This document shows, one piece after another, positions 63,431 through 64,000 of a stretch of 64,000 nucleotides of DNA. Position 1 is the first letter of the stretch. Each line of letters opens with the position of its first letter. Position numbers and translations under genes: made by a program. Source of the stretch: Myxococcota bacterium (lineage in GTDB: Bacteria > Myxococcota_A > UBA9042 > PHBI01 > JAWLBL01); the NCBI GenBank assembly GCA_041687695.1, contig JAWLBL010000007.1, positions 96,001 to 160,000 on the forward strand, read 5' to 3'. Below the pieces are notes generated by a model. That model had not been told where the DNA came from. It made no database searches and saw only the letters and a program-made list of their open reading frames with translations.

Positions 63431-64000
63431 TCACCGCGGCGGCGGCCCAGGCGTTCGGAGCGGCGGGGCTCTACGCACCATGACGCGCCAGGCGGGCGGC
63501 GGCGGCGGCGGCGCGAGCAGGACCGGCACCGGGGCCGGGGCGGCCGGACACAGGGCGAGGGCCTCGGACCGCTGCCGCGCCGTGGCCCACCGACAGCGCT
63601 GCTCGGGGGTCGCCTCGACCCGCGCCGTGCTCTCGTCCCCGTAGGCCAGGTCCACCGGGCCGGCCCAGGTCACCAGCGAGCCTATGAGCCACTCGGCGTC
63701 CTCGGGCGCGAGGCGACCGTCCGGCCCGACCGGCAGGCGCCGGCCGCGGTGCACCATCGCGACCTCGGCCGGGCACTGCCCGGAGCGTTCGACCCAGGCG
63801 TCGCGCTCGAGCTCGCGGACGTGGTGGTAGTCGTCCAGCAGGAAGGCGAGGGCGACGGTGGCGACGCCGTCGGCGAGCGCGAAGGCGCCGAGGGCCCACA
63901 GCGCCCCGGCGTCCACCTCGGCCTCACTGGCGCCCAGCGCCATGGCCCCGCCGAGCGCCAGCTCGCCGAAGCCGATGAAGCCGATGGCCAGGCGCCCGCC
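63431..64000 (-). CDS. Hypothetical membrane protein, N-terminus outside the window
   Basis: Reading frame open from the window edge; two hydrophobic segments; Pro-rich tail. Confidence 0.6.
   Translation of the reverse strand, partial: GGRLAIGFIGFGELALGGAMALGASEAEVDAGALWALGAFALADGVATVALAFLLDDYHHVRELERDAWVERSGQCPAEVAMVHRGRRLPVGPDGRLAPEDAEWLIGSLVTWAGPVDLAYGDESTARVEATPEQRCRWATARQRSEALALCPAAPAPVPVLLAPPPPPPAWRVMVRRAPPLRTPGPPPR

Overview
Very GC-rich bacterial chromosomal window. The gene repertoire (MYXO-CTERM-like tails, an AgmX/PglI-type C-terminal domain, DUF2330 proteins, many Cys/Asp-rich lipoproteins) points to Myxococcota or a related deltaproteobacterial lineage; this is inference. It holds about 52 CDSs and one tRNA-Ala(GGC). 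I found no CRISPR array, rRNA, transposase or prophage. Housekeeping genes are gdhA, malic enzyme, polA, queG, truD, a PduO-type adenosyltransferase and exbBD. The standout is a putative Fur-regulated metal/iron uptake locus (tonB divergent from DUF4856-like lipoprotein, imelysin, HTTM/vitamin K-dependent gamma-carboxylase homolog and TonB-dependent receptor, 13086-21050), with a carboxylase-like membrane enzyme inside the uptake operon. Other highlights: a His-motif membrane enzyme, a small Glu/His/Asn membrane protein and a 61-aa sorting-signal microprotein, divergent from VanW plus glycosyltransferase (29754-33471); a 178-bp TA-flanked palindromic MITE that rewrote the C-terminus of a Rieske gene; an intact but catalytically degenerate P1B-ATPase coupled to queG; a Pol I lacking proofreading residues; and tandem DUF2330 paralogs with a divergent core. 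All family assignments come from motif recognition by eye, not database searches. Start codons were chosen by RBS or overlap and may be off.
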